From: Octopus sinensis
Taxonomy: Eukaryota
Direction: 5' to 3'
Assembly (NCBI RefSeq): GCF_006345805.1
Contig: NW_021834671.1
Span: 1-46,313, forward strand
DNA: 46,313 bases
The position numbers were made by a program, and so were the translations under genes. Positions 28,461 through 41,430 of this stretch are shown here, one piece after another (position 1 is the stretch's first letter; each line of letters opens with the position of its first letter). The notes under the pieces were generated by a model. That model made no database searches. It had not been told where the DNA came from and worked only from the letters and a program-made list of their open reading frames with translations.

Positions 28461-28731
28461 ATGCCCTAATGCAGTACCAGTCAGTGGCTCTCATGGCTTC
28501 TGATCTTAACTGATTGGAAGTGTTATCATGTACATTGTTTTGTCTTGGTATAAAAGATGGGCTACAGCAAATATTCTGCTCAATACCACAGATTTGCTTG
28601 TCAGTTGTTTGACCTTAACCAGTTGAGCATGTCCCTTAGTGGCTGACAATGTGTGCATCTCTGATCATGAGCAGAAGTAGTGGGGGAGCATCATAGCCGT
28701 GTGTTGAGAGGAATACTTTGGAGTTTGGATA
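28461..28731. mobile_element. Partial second copy of the (AAT)n-associated repeat
   Basis: ATGCCCTAATGCAGTACCAGTCAGTGGCTCTCATGGCTTCTGATCTTAACTGATT... matches 12641 onward, again preceded by (AAT)n. Confidence 0.7.
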
Positions 28732-29457
28732 AAGAAGATAGACGAAGCAAGGAAGAGGAGGTAAACACCAGCTGGGAAACGGCGGGATAAAAGAGGAGAA
28801 GAGGGCACACGTAGTAAAGGACGACCCCCAACCCACACCCACTCGGCTCCCACCCGCACCCACTCTACCCCAACCACCCTATAGACACCAACCATCCCCA
28901 TGCCTTGCCTGGCATAAACACAAGCACAAACACACGGGAGCCCCAAATTTCCCCACCCTGATTCTTGGATAGATTTGTTATGTAACAGGAATAAGGAAGA
29001 ACTTTGAAACGATATAAAAACACGGGAAAATGCAATAGAAGTGGACATAACAAGGGCAGGAGGGTTACCCAAGGGAGTTTTTTGTGCAGTGGCGGACCTG
29101 GAGTACCTCTCTAGATTGATAAATTACGAACAAGCAACTGATTCCAATTGGTAGATTAGGAAAATGGACCCTAACAAAATAGCTAAAAGGGTAAGTCATG
29201 CTTGTATTTTAAAAGAATTTGACAAAGACATTTTCCAAACAAGTGAAAACTAGCTGTCACAAAGACATTATCAATGGTAATAAAAATTAATAATTAAAAA
29301 AGAAACAAGGTTGTAATAACAGGTTCAATGAAGTCACTCAGAGGAGGGGGCCGAAAGGCTTCACTCCATTTTTTCATTATATTCTGTTCATCTTTTCTCT
29401 CCGTTTTTTTTTGTCTCCACCTTGTACGGCCTTCATGGCCAATTTCATGAAATAAAG

Positions 29458-29776
29458 GAGTTCAGTCTCACTGCGTAGCACCTTGGTCTAGTGTCTTCTA
29501 CTAAAGCCTCAGGCTGACTAAAACCTTGTGAGTGGATTTAGTAGATGGAAACTAAAAGAAGCCCGTTGTATATATCTGTATGTATGTATGTATGTATGAG
29601 CGCGTGTCTTTGTGTCTGCCGGTGCTAGTTTGTTTACGTCCCCGTAAATTAGCAATTCAGCAAAAGAGACTGATAAACAAAGTGCTAAGCTTAAAAAAGT
29701 CCTGGGTTCGATTCATTCGACTAAAAATTGTTCAAGCCGAAGCTCCAGTATGGCCGCAATCAAATGACTGAAACAA
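29458..29776 (+). mobile_element. SINE family A, 5'-truncated
   Basis: GTTCAGTCTCACTGCGTAGCACCTTGG...GCCGCAATCAAATGACTGAAAC. Confidence 0.7.
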
Positions 29777-30129
29777 AGGATTAAAATGTTCATAAATTCG
29801 CAAACGCGGTCTTTAATATTTTCCTTGCGATGCTTGTTCGGTGTTTAGTTCCAGAGAATCCCCTCTCACTGTCTCTCACCGCCTGAAAGGCAGTGAATCC
29901 TCTTCTTCACCCGTTCTTCTCGTCTTTCAATTTCTCCCTCCTCCAACGCCTACAACTTCTGGTTTAAGCCGAAGCTATTAAAGAAAACAGCCGTAAATTG
30001 GTGAGAGGAGGATATGAACTGATGACCTTTCTGTTTAATTTCCCACTGGCAGCGAGAAATTGAATGAAAAGGATGAAAAGAAATAGAAAGAAGACAAATT
30101 TAAGACCAAAATTAAAAGTAATAAAAAAT

Positions 30130-30303
30130 GCATAACGGCATTTCGCCAGTCTGCAAGTTCTGAGTTCAAATTCCGGTAGGTCAACTTTGCCTTTCATCCT
30201 TTCGCGGGGTCAAAGAAATAAGTACCAGTCGACCACCAGGGTCCATATAGTCGACTTATCCCCTCCCACCAAATTGCTGACCTTCTGCCAACATTTAAAA
30301 CCA
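30130..30303 (+). mobile_element. SINE family B copy upstream of PA28-like exon 1
   Basis: GTTCTGAGTTCAAATTCCGGTAGGTCAACTTTGCCTTTCATCC. Confidence 0.7.
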
Positions 30304-30519
30304 AAATTAAAGAAATTTCTGTTCAAAGAATAACATTTGAATATCAGAAAATTCGATATTGTTTCAGTCTTTAGAAATATTCTAATTATTGCTTGGAATG
30401 TTTTATTCTTCTTCTAATGATGAATCCATTATAAATTTTTGTAGAAGCAGCAGTGGTTGGTCGGTTGTAGCTTGAGGAAGTCTTTTGGAATCGGCGTCTT
30501 CATACTTTGGCAGGGAATC

Positions 30520-30840
30520 ATGAACACGCGGGTTTCCCTAAAACGTTCTTTAATTACCAACTTCAGTCGGAGAGCTATCAAAGACGCCGAGTTACTCATT
30601 TCTCAGTGTTTCCCCCGTGAAATAGATGAATTAGAAGACATTGCTTGTTACAACATCGGCACTATAGAATCGCGCCTCTCTAACCATATTGATTTTGTCT
30701 CCAATGAGATTACAACAAAATATGCACAGTTAAAACCAATTCTTCAGAACCTTGAAGCCCACAATTCATTAATTAGAAGCTGGGTGACGTTTATTTCTCG
30801 GGAATTTCAGACGTTCAAAGATGCTGGCAGTTTAACTTCG
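30520..30840 (+). CDS. Divergent PA28/REG (11S proteasome activator, PSME-family) protein, coding exon 1 (aa 1-107)
   Basis: ATG at 30520 and phase-0 donor TCG|GTAAAC at 30840/30841. Translation NFSRRAIKDAELLISQCFPREIDEL...SN...LKPILQNLEAHNSLIRSWV aligns by eye to human PSME3 as I recall it (SFRERITSEAEDLVANFFPKKLLEL...SN...VKPEIRLLIEKCNTVKMWV). Candidate upstream acceptors at 30444 (TTTTGTAG) and 30513 (TTTGGCAG). Confidence 0.8.
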
Positions 30841-30874
30841 GTAAACAAATAAATCTTTTCTTCAAATTCTTTTT

Positions 30875-31268
30875 GGATCTTTTCGGTTTGAACGGCAGTT
30901 TCATATGAAATTGTCACCCATAATTATAACCCTAGTATCGATCAATTGCATTTCAATCTGTTTTAGGGTTAGGGGTGGGGGTAAGGGTATATTTTTTTCT
31001 TCACAAATGTAAATAAACCCAATCTGTTTCTTAAACGGGGGACATATACGGCACAGAATGTTTTCAACTCAATAGACGTCATTGATTGGTTGAAATTACA
31101 GAAATTGAAGAAAAACAACAACAAATATCTTACAAACTATAGAATTTTCTCAATACAGCCAAGGGAAAAAGATGCTTTACAAACCCATTCTACCAGTATA
31201 CGAAGTTTAAAAGTGTTTAGTTACGTGGAAATTATTTCAAAAAACTGCCGTTCAAACCGAAAAGATCC
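30875..31268. mobile_element. MITE with perfect 27-bp terminal inverted repeats, in the intron of the PA28-like gene
   Basis: GGATCTTTTCGGTTTGAACGGCAGTTT at 30875-30901 and its exact reverse complement at 31242-31268. No clear TSD. Confidence 0.85.
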
Positions 31269-33176
31269 AGAACGAGTTTATTCTAGAGGCAGGAAACGCC
31301 GTCATAGGATTGAACGCCGAACAACTTTATTAGAAAGCAAACACTCTACCCACCCCCCATAGCAATTCCGATGCCCAGCGTTCTCTTTCGTTCGTTGCCT
31401 GTGAAAATGCACGTTGTGTGTTGTGTGTGTATACATGCTTTCTGTATGAGTAGATTTGTCTATAGCTTTCTTCTCCCCCAAACTCTGCTAATAGAACCCC
31501 CCCACCCCATATATATATATATATATATATATATGTGGGGGGGAGGGTATTTTTTCTTTTCTTTTCTCTACTTCCTCTCCAGAGATTCTTCGACAGAGAT
31601 AACCGGTTGCTCGAATTAAAACCGATACATCACTCCTCCTAGTAACGATGTATTTTATTAAAACGCCACCACCGACTCCACCATGCACCGATGGGCATCG
31701 CTTTTCTTTTTATTTCATTTTCGAACATTTTTCTTTATCTTTTGGTTTTCTTTTGGATGGTTGGGAGTATATTTCTTATGTTGGATAAAATATTACTTAT
31801 TGACGAAGGAAAGATCAATTATTGATGTGGAATATTTATATTGGAATACGCTAATAGAAATAATGGCCAGAAAAAAGCAAGTTTCGACTAAGTTTTTAAA
31901 TTTCAAGGCGAGGAATTTCGTTGTATTTCAACATTTTTGAACTTCCACCGTGGGCCGGGGAGTAGGTTTAAGTGTTATTAAAGTTGGTTAAATCCTTCGT
32001 ATGTCACTTTACCTCACGTGTGTGTGTGTGTGTGTGTGGTGGCTGACTAAAGAAAGAACAGCTGCATTTGTGGAAACTTAGTTTCAAGAAGTTAATGTCT
32101 GCCGACCGAATTCGTGGGTCACAGAATCTGACCGCTTGGTCTTTTTTTGTCTGCTGTGAGGAGAGAGAGAGAGAGAGAGATAGTTTATTGGCTGTTGAAG
32201 AGAAAAAAAAAACACGTGTCTCTGTTGCTTTCCTTTCTGCTGTACAAATTTATCAGCAGGCTCTTTCTTTCTTTCTCTCGAAATCGTTAAACTCGGAGTC
32301 ACAATTAAAAGATTCGGTTGCCAATCACTACACTACAAAGGTAGAAAAACCATAGCTAATCGGAAAATCTTTCCACATTTCCCTTAATGCTATAATCACG
32401 GAGTTAAGGACAATCCTCGCATCAGCTCCCAATCCATTTAGACCCCTTTCGCATTCAACTTCTTTCAATAAAACCTCATATTATCCTTGTATTACATTCC
32501 CTGGTAGGTTTTTGGTGAGATTACGACCCAGGGATTTCCTTTTCAGCTGAAACTACAAGCAAAAGGCATAAAAGTTGAATACCTCAACATCTCCTTTCTC
32601 TACAGGTGTGTGTACTCGTATATCAAATCTGATCTAGATGCCCAACAATAAAACCGTTCCAGGCGTGACCATTTTTTGTTCTCTTTTCAAATAGCCTGCA
32701 TACAGAACCACTTTGTCTAATGTCCTTCCATTTTTTTTCAAGCCGGCAGGGTCAGAAATAGTGTTATTTATGATTACTTGTAGCCCAGCCGATCTATGAT
32801 GAGAGGGATCCCATCCTTAACCAGCCTGCGGTATTTTCAGAGGCACGGCACTAATATATCCCTGCCAGAATTAAGGCTGTATCATGTGACAAAAAATTGT
32901 AATTGCTATTTCTAGCAGGTTTAGCGACCACTTTCCTTTGCTGGCTAGTTCGTAATTAATTGCACAAGGTTACTCGCCATGTGAGATTGAGTTTTTATGT
33001 ATACTCTTTTTGTCCTTAAGGTGGGATGGTCATTGCTGGAATAACTTTGACCACAAATCTAATCATTGCTGACCTGGAGCTAAATAACTTTTAGAATCCA
33101 CCTAAATATCTTAAATTGTTTTATTTGTTCTACAATTTTTTTTGTCGTAATTTTTTTTTCAATTTATCTCCCGCAG

Positions 33177-33452
33177 GAAGAATCGTTTTCCAAGTTACAA
33201 CAAGTGGCTGATTATTGCAAACAATCTTTGGATAATCTTTCTGCCTACGTGTCTCAGAATGAGAAACTGACGGAGAAATGTAAAAGCTACGAAGATGAGG
33301 TTTTCTATCAAGAACTGGAATACCTCAATAAGCGTCACTTATGCCGGATTAATTCGATGCCACAAGAAATAAGAGAGAAATTCCTCATTCTGACCAGTGT
33401 AATCTTCAGTATACTTGCAATATTGCGACCGATTCAATCTGCAAGGAATTGA
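33177..33452 (+). CDS. Divergent PA28/REG protein, coding exon 2 (aa 108-198, stop TGA)
   Basis: Strong pyrimidine tract plus CCGCAG|GAA acceptor at 33176/33177, phase 0, compatible with exon 1. EESFSKLQQVADYCKQSLDNLSAYVSQNEKLTEKCKSY aligns without gaps to PSME3 EETVAELRTVESEAASYLDQISRYYITRAKLVSKIAKY. Ends ...LRPIQSARN*. Confidence 0.8.
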   Translation, partial: EESFSKLQQVADYCKQSLDNLSAYVSQNEKLTEKCKSYEDEVFYQELEYLNKRHLCRINSMPQEIREKFLILTSVIFSILAILRPIQSARN

Positions 33453-33665
33453 GCTCCGAATACCGTTAATTAGTTTCAATATAAGCAGTACTGGTTTTTT
33501 TTTTTTTCATCTTTGGAATTGATTTTAATTGAAGCAATTTTTTTCTTTACTCGTTGTTTGTTAACCGTTAATGTCATAAACCCCTTCACACAAGAGACAT
33601 GGATGTGAGATTTGTATTGGATTTATGGTTTGATAATTCACCTTTTAGTATCTTAGAGAGAGAGC

Positions 33666-33860
33666 GCGGCTAGCTGGCAGAATCGTTAGCACCTCGGGTA
33701 TTGCGTCTGCCGCTACGTTCCGAGTTCAAATTCCACCGAGGTCGACTTTGTCCTTCATCCTTTCGGGGGTCGATGAATTAAGTACCAGTTGCGTACTAGG
33801 GTCGATCTAATCGACTGGCCCCTCCCATCAAATTTCAGCCCTTGTGCCTATAACAGAAAG
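33666..33860 (+). mobile_element. SINE family B copy between the convergent genes
   Basis: AGCTGGCAGAATCGTTAGCAC head, GAGTTCAAATTCC and core. Confidence 0.75.
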
Positions 33861-34318
33861 GAGAATCCTTAGCCCCCCCCCCGGGTTAAATACTTAGCGA
33901 CATTCCCTAGAATAGTCGAAACCAATATTCTATAGAGGGAAAGGCATAAACGTCACGCACTCATAGTATGTTGTCCCTTCTAAGCCTCAATCAATAGAAT
34001 AACGTACCAAAGAATAATTGTGTTGATATTTTTACTTCTCTTCTTCCCCTTGAAGCATCATTTAAATCAATAATCTATTAATAGACAGATGTTGACAATC
34101 CTAGTTAGACCTCCCTCCAAAACAAACACAACTCGCTCCATCGTTTTCTAATGTTAAACTCAATGAATTCTTTGTCTTTTGTTTTTATGGACCATTCCGA
34201 GTTAAGTTGCCAGTATTAACAAAAATAAGATCCATCTCAAAATGGTGGACAGACCCGCATTATCTTCTGCTCGGTCGTTGTCCGAGGCAAAAATGAAACG
34301 CCGTAATCTTCATAAACT

Positions 34319-34553
34319 TTACAAGTCAATCGAGTCAGTAGGTGGGGGAGGGTCACGCCGGGCGATGAGGCCGGTGTACTGCAGAGCCGTCAAGAGAAAG
34401 TCCCTGAAAGAGTACGGATTTTTTTCCTGACGGCCCTTAAACCTAGTGGCGTCTGGTTTGCAGAACTTTTGCATGGCAGGGCTTTCACGGGCAAGCTGTT
34501 TGCAAGTTTCTACAATGACCTCCACTTGGTTCGATCTCCTCTTTCTAGTGGAA
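34319..34553 (-). CDS. Probable terminal coding exon of an unidentified protein (..STRKRRSNQVEVIVETCKQLARESPAMQKFCKPDATRFKGRQEKNPYSFRDFLLTALQYTGLIARRDPPPPTDSIDL*)
   Basis: GC-richer, non-repetitive open frame of 77 codons. It starts just after a TTTTAAG acceptor with an in-frame TGA immediately upstream, and ends at TAA 34321-34319. No family recognised. Confidence 0.45.
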
Positions 34554-35145
34554 CTTAAAATTCAGAAATGGATTTTTGCCACAAACTAAAATAATTCCCA
34601 ATTTCCCTTTGTCCTCACTCTTCGCTGCTTTGTTACAATTAGAAAAATATCCGCACTTCTTTATCAAACTTGATTTCATAATGGGTAGATAAAATCAATA
34701 GGAGTCATATGTTGTGATTAATCTAATCGATTATAATCTGCCCACAAAAAGTCATGGCCTTGTGCCATTCTTAGAAATGATGCAAAACTGGCACAAACAG
34801 AATATAATGCTAAAAGATGTAGATTTTTGAATTTCATTCTAAGTTTACTCTATCTGGCAGAAAACCCCCCGTTTGAAACTGGTATAACAACCTTCAGACT
34901 TGAACACTTAACAACCAGTTTGCAGGATGCAACCAGTATTTAAAATATCTCAATGCCGCGCGTAAATTATTATTTTTAACTCTAATAAAAATAACTCTCC
35001 TTGTGTGTATGGATCAGATACAGCAACTCCTCGGCTACCGCAGGTGTTACATTCCAAAACTCCCACGCGATATGCCAAAATCCGCGAAGTAAAAACAAGT
35101 ATTGTAGTGTGTATTTTTTATGTTTCTATGTTTTGTATGTATTTA

Positions 35146-35532
35146 TCTCTCTCTATATAAACGGCAGTTTGTCTGTGCGTGTTTGTGTGTGTCTGTTTGC
35201 TTGTACCCTCACTCTGACCACGGCTTTCAACCGATTCTGATGAAACTTGACACACACATAGCCCAATGTCATAATTCAAAACTAACGCAGCGGAAATTTT
35301 GAAAAGTTCCCCCAGTTCTGAAAAAAATCGATAAATTCGACATGGGGTCGAGAATAAAAAAAAAATAAACCACAGACTGTCTAGGGGACGCAACTCAGCC
35401 TTTTTTTACTCTCAAAAAAAATTTACCATCATTTTTTTTCCATTTTTTTGCTATTTTTTGGCTATAACTCTCTAAAAATGCTTTATAGTTATTTCCCTTA
35501 CAAACCTGAGCAACGCCGGGCGATACTGCTAG
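35146..35532 (+). mobile_element. Non-autonomous Helitron
   Basis: A|TC 5' end (TCTCTCTCTATATAAACGGCAG), subterminal hairpin CCTGAGCAACGCCGGG, and CTAG|T 3' end, with no TSD. Confidence 0.75.
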
Positions 35533-35666
35533 TTTTATTATAAATGCAGAATAACACCACGGAGGAATCGACGTAAATTTAAATAATGAACCGTGATATG
35601 GCGAGGGATTACCGTAGTTCTCTCCCCAAGCATGTAAATTAACTTTGAGAAATTTGTACTCATTAC

Positions 35667-35740
35667 CTCCCCGTCTCCTTGACAGTCGCTAACAATTTCT
35701 GCTGGCGATTGACTTCTTTCGCTAAATTGCATGCAAATTT
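35667..35740 (-). CDS. Candidate upstream exon of the minus-strand gene (KFACNLAKEVNRQQKLLATVKETG-)
   Basis: TAG|AAA...GAG|GTAATG; 74 nt ending in phase 2, which joins the 34553 exon in frame. The acceptor has a poor pyrimidine tract. Confidence 0.25.
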
Positions 35741-36953
35741 CTAATACTTTTGCGTATAATATTAGTATGCTCCAAACCGGTACCTTAGTTTCCTAAATTC
35801 AGACTTTGAACTGAATTGGTTTATCTCCATTAATTCATTCTTTTAATATCTCCTCTTTTTAAACTTTCAGATTCCACGCAATGTTTTGTATTTCTGATAT
35901 ATTTCCAAATTAAATAAAATTCAAAGCTGATATTTTAATAATTCTTCTGAGTTCGATAAAATGCTTGCGAGATCATTTCTGGTATCAATAAAATTGTTTA
36001 TATCCTTATAATACCGAAGACTTGTTCTTTGGATTAACTCGTCATATTCTTGGTTGTGTTAAAAGAATAAAACTTCTGTTACATCCTACTCAGACTTTCC
36101 TTTCAACTTTTCTCCGTTCTCATTTTATATTTTTTCAAAGTCAATAACTGATGATATTGCGAGTGAGAGGTTCCAACCGCCGTCGCAGCCAAACAAATCA
36201 ACAAACCTCGACTCACAAGAAATATTTCTTTTCCCGCCCGTCTCCCCCCTCTCTCTCTCTTTCTCTCTCTGTGTTTACCAGTCTGTTTCTCTCATTTTTC
36301 TCAGTTTACCAGTCTGTAACTCTCTTATTTTTTTTTCATTTTTCTCTCTCCACTGCCCACTTCTCTCTCTCATTTTCTCTCTCTCTCTCTCCACCCTCGT
36401 CTTTTCCCCCAGTAAGAAAAAAAAATCAAACTCTTTGTTATCACAGAACCTGTCATGGCTTGAATATCCGAAATGAAGACAGAACATTCTTAGAAAGCTT
36501 TTAATATTCTCGAAACATCTGACTGTATTGAACAACCCATCAGTCTCTGGTGCTCTTTCCTCTTCTCTATCCCCCCCTTCTCTTGCTGACAACGATCAAT
36601 ACAATCTAAAGTGATTTCCATATACTAAATCTAAAACCCGCTCTTTTCACAAACAATAATAATAATAATAATATTAGCCACAGGGGCGCGCCGATGTAAT
36701 ATAATGAAATGGAAAAAGCTGTGGTGTAAAATGGACAAATATTAGAAAAAATGAGCGGGGAAGGGTTAGTATATTATTATACGTAATATAATTGAACGCA
36801 TAAAAAACAATTATCTAAAAAATGCACATTTCTACATAGAAAAAGAAAATTTAATGTGTAATATAGGAAAATAATTAAAACCAAATAAATTATAGAAATA
36901 ACTAAGTTATGGTTATGTCTAAATAATTCTGATTACATAAATAACGTAGTATA

Positions 36954-37305
36954 AGCGCATTTGTGGCTGTGTTAAGAAGCTTGCTTCCCAACCACATGGT
37001 TCCGGGTTCAGTCCCACTGCGTGACACCTTTCTGCAAGTGTCTTCTGCGATAGCTTCGAGCGGAACAAAGCCTTGTGAGAGGACTTGATACGCAGAAACT
37101 GGAAGAAGCCCGTCGTGTGTGTGTGTGTGTGTGTGTTTATCCCCCCACTGTCGTTTGACAACCGATGTTGACGTATTTTCGTCACTTTAGAGGTTCAGCA
37201 AAAGTGACCGAAATAATAAGTACTAGGTTTACAAAGGAGTCCTAGGATCGATTTCTTCGACTAAAAAAGTCCCTTAAGCCGGTACTCTAGCATGGCCGCA
37301 GTCAA
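36954..37305 (+). mobile_element. SINE family A copy
   Basis: GAAGCTTGCTTCCCAACCACATGGTTCCGGGTTCAGTCCCACTGCG...CATGGCCGCAGTCAAA. Confidence 0.75.
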
Positions 37306-38969
37306 AAGAATAGTACTCCACATTTCTGATGGGAGGTACCACGACGAAATTATTGATCATGTTACCCCCAATCCTTCTTTCATTTTTGAAGATTCTAGAA
37401 TCTTCCGTGATGGACCTCTTCGACAAGAGAGGGACTCCGTTCTCTGTGGTTTTAGCATGCTTCACTTCTTAATGATAGTCCCTAAATAGGAAACTAATAC
37501 CCCTTACTTTTTATCTTGTTTGAAATAGGACCTAGTTCTCTTCACGATCCCTAATTTCTCTGGAAGTTCTTCGCGTTTCAGATTTTGTTTGACCGTGGTC
37601 AATCTTGCAATGAACTGTGAATTTCCTTTCGCTGAGGGAAGAGACTGGTTTCTCCTAATAAGATATTGTTTCCCTTTCACAGGAGTTCTTACTCAGTGGA
37701 GAGAGTTTCCTGTTCACTGCTGTACCCTTCCATGTGCTTTTGTATTGCGAGGGTCGACCGATGTCCGGAGTAAAACTGAGTTGACGGAAAAAAACTGTGT
37801 AGAAGCCCCTTGACCAAACTTTTATTTTGCATGTCCCTCCTCGTCATAGTGTTTCTACCTGAGAATCACGCCATCGATACATGACTGTGCTGCGGAATAC
37901 TCGGCAACTTCTAAAGTTCCTCGTTTGCAAAACAATAAAAAAAAAAAAACTTTCAGTTTGTGAAATCTGGCAATAATCCAATACCCTCGGAGGAGCTTGA
38001 TATCACGCCCGCACATGCCACCACACAACACACACGCACTCAGTAATAATAATAATAATAATGTTAATAAATTGTTTTCCATTGACTGGAAGGCTGAGTT
38101 AATGAAACTCAGAAAGATTTGGCCAACCATAAGTGGTTGTTTGGTTTAGAAACTGAAAAAAAATATCGAGACATATGTTCAGTCATGAGAATATTGGAGT
38201 CAAAGGGGGGTGTAGGTGTATATATATATGTGTGTATATATTGTATAAATGTGTGTACATATTGTTGGTTCTTTAGCTCTATTTTACTATATATATGTGT
38301 GTGTGTATGTATCTGTATGAATTTGTTTATTGTCTCTCTGTAATATGTGTGAGAGTGTATATGTGCGCAGGTGCATAAGGGTGTGTGCCTTCGCACAAAC
38401 TGCGCTGTACACGCGACCCCCGGCCACCCGACGTCGAACCTACCTCAATCGCCGCAACTATCGGTAGCACCACATCAAATTAAATAAACACTCACAGAGG
38501 TTCGCAGCCCCCGACCCTCAAACAGATGCACAAGAATACCATTAACTACAGCCACCACCACCACACCCACCACAACCACCACCACCACCACCACCACCAC
38601 CACCACCACCACACCCACCACAACCACCACCAACTCCCACAACAACCACCACCACCACCTCGTCCTCTTCCTCCATTGGTAACACCGCCACCTTCGTCTC
38701 AGTCGATCTCGTGTGTAGCATCACCTTCATTATCGCACACCATGTTGCAGAACAACAACAACAACAACATGACGCCACCCCACCCCCCGACCACCCACTT
38801 CTCCCTTCAACATGATTCTCCACCTATTGTGTTGCTTAAAACAGTTTACATTGACTATTTGAAATTCCAGCGTATTTATCACTCATGTATCTGTGTGTTT
38901 GTGTGTGTCTGTGTGTGTGTGTATGGAATTAGACATACGTACGTACATACATGCATACATAAAGATATA

Positions 38970-39014
<45 letters not shown>

Positions 39015-39030
39015 ATATATGTATTTCTAT

Positions 39031-39067
<37 letters not shown>

Positions 39068-39241
39068 CACATATATATACACACACATATACACGTATAT
39101 ATATTCCCATAGGTATATTTGTATGTGTATATATGTATATGTGTGTGTATATATATTTATACGTGTGTATGCACATTTTCAAAGTTATGTATTTATATTT
39201 GCATATATATAATATGTACAAATATGGAAATGTGTACATAT

Positions 39242-39319
<78 letters not shown>

Positions 39320-39819
39320 TTATATATATATGTATATATATATATATATATATATAATTTTATATATATATGTATACATATATATATATAAATTATATAT
39401 ATATTTAAATATATATATACCGGTATATGTATATAATTTTATATATATATATATATATACATATATTTATATATATATGTACGAGTGTGTGTATACAGAA
39501 GAGGCGTCTGTATGCAAGTGTGTGTGCGCGTGCGTGCTGTGTTCCTCGCGTATCTTCCCAGTCTCCTAGAAATGTTCCTCTCTCCTATTTAACGTGCCAT
39601 CAACTTAACCAAGTTTACCAAACATTGGTAATTTCTGCCTCAGTTATTCCAATACAAACCACTCCAGATATTTCTTCCCAATTCTCTTCTAAATTTACCT
39701 TTAAAAATAAAAGAACATCAACATTTCTATTGAATTCCATTCTTTTGGAAATGTGCACCAATAAATTTTAATGATAGATAGACGTATACATATAACAACA
39801 CAAACAACACGCACACACA

Positions 39820-39862
<43 letters not shown>

Positions 39863-40207
39863 TACATACAAATGTGTGTGTGTGTGTGTGTTGTATGTTT
39901 TGGTGGGTTTTATTTTCCTGGTTTTATTTTCGAAAAATTCTCACCAATAAAGGAAGAACCGGTTTCCAAACAAGAAACAAAAACAAGAGTCTTTCAATGG
40001 AATTTTAACAACTTCAATCAGGTGTGTGTGTATGTGTGTGTGTGTGTGCGTTTGTGTGCATGGCTGGATAGGTAGGTGGATGGATGTGTGTGAGTATATA
40101 CGTATGTGTTTGTATCTTTGTATCTTTATATGTGGTTATGTATGTGTACATATATGCATTTCCTTAGACGTTTATATGTGTTTCTCTGATGTATGCACAC
40201 TATCACT

Positions 40208-40230
40208 TATATATATATATATATATATAG

Positions 40231-40263
<33 letters not shown>

Positions 40264-40326
40264 TAATATATATATATATATATACACATATATATATATA
40301 TATTATATATATATATATATACATAT

Positions 40327-40423
<97 letters not shown>

Positions 40424-40445
40424 CATATATATATATATATATTAT

Positions 40446-40502
<57 letters not shown>

Positions 40503-40835
40503 ATATACATATATATATATTTATACATATACATATGTATATATATATACATATATATATATATACATATGTATATATATATACATATATATATATATAT
40601 ACATATATGTATATACACACATATATATATATATATACATATACATATGTATATATATATACATATATATATATACATATATGTATATACACAATATATA
40701 TACATATATACCTATACATATATATATATACATATACATATGTATATATATATACATATATATATATATACATATATGTATATACACATATATATATATA
40801 TATACCTATACATATATATATATATATATATACCT

Positions 40836-40877
<42 letters not shown>

Positions 40878-40908
40878 TATATACACATATATATATACAA
40901 ACTATATA
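40208..40908 (+). repeat. ~700-bp interrupted (TA)n array (other large TA/CA tracts at ~130-335, ~14170-15190, ~38940-39480, ~44677-45450)
   Basis: Direct reading. Confidence 0.95.
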
Positions 40909-41231
40909 TTTCCAGGGTGTATATTTGTGCTTCTGTATGCTTATATTTATTTAAATGCTAAACTTTTGACTCTTTTATATATTTTCACACTTCTAATATT
41001 TGCCTGTAATGATAATATTATAAAAAAATCATCTTACTGGGGCCGGAATAATTGATTAATTAATTAATTACAGTATCTACACATTCCTCATTAATTAGCC
41101 GTCCAATATTCCTGCCTGGCTTATCTTTAGGTAACCTGGGCAACATTTTTTTTCTGCATAGCAGTAAAACATGTTTCCACTGCTGTCTTTAAATATTAAT
41201 GATCTTTGCCAGTAATATTCTTTTCTAATCT

Positions 41232-41430
41232 AAGCACAAGGCCCGGAATTTTTCGGGAGAGGGCCAGTCGATTAGATCGACCTCAACACGCAGCTGGTAC
41301 TTAATTTATCGGCACCGATAGGATGGAAGGCAAAGTCGACCTTGGTAGCATTTGAACTCAGAACGTAAAGACAAACGAAATAGCGCCAAGCATTTCACCT
41401 GGCGCGCTAACGTTTCTGCCAGCTCGCTAC
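41232..41430 (-). mobile_element. SINE family B copy
   Basis: Reverse complement of the family B head and core. Confidence 0.7.

Noticed and set aside
28732-29457. Possible LINE fragment
   Set aside because: Composition is suggestive, but no RT or endonuclease motif is identifiable.
34242-34430. Plus-strand 62-aa ORF
   Set aside because: Overlaps the better-supported minus-strand exon and has no recognisable features.
35244-35260. CTGATGAAAC resembling a hammerhead core
   Set aside because: No stem II or III; lies within the ordinary interior of the Helitron.
37306-37950. Unique segment ending in AATAAA plus an A-run (possible retrocopy or LINE end)
   Set aside because: All frames are short and unrecognisable; no TSD seen.
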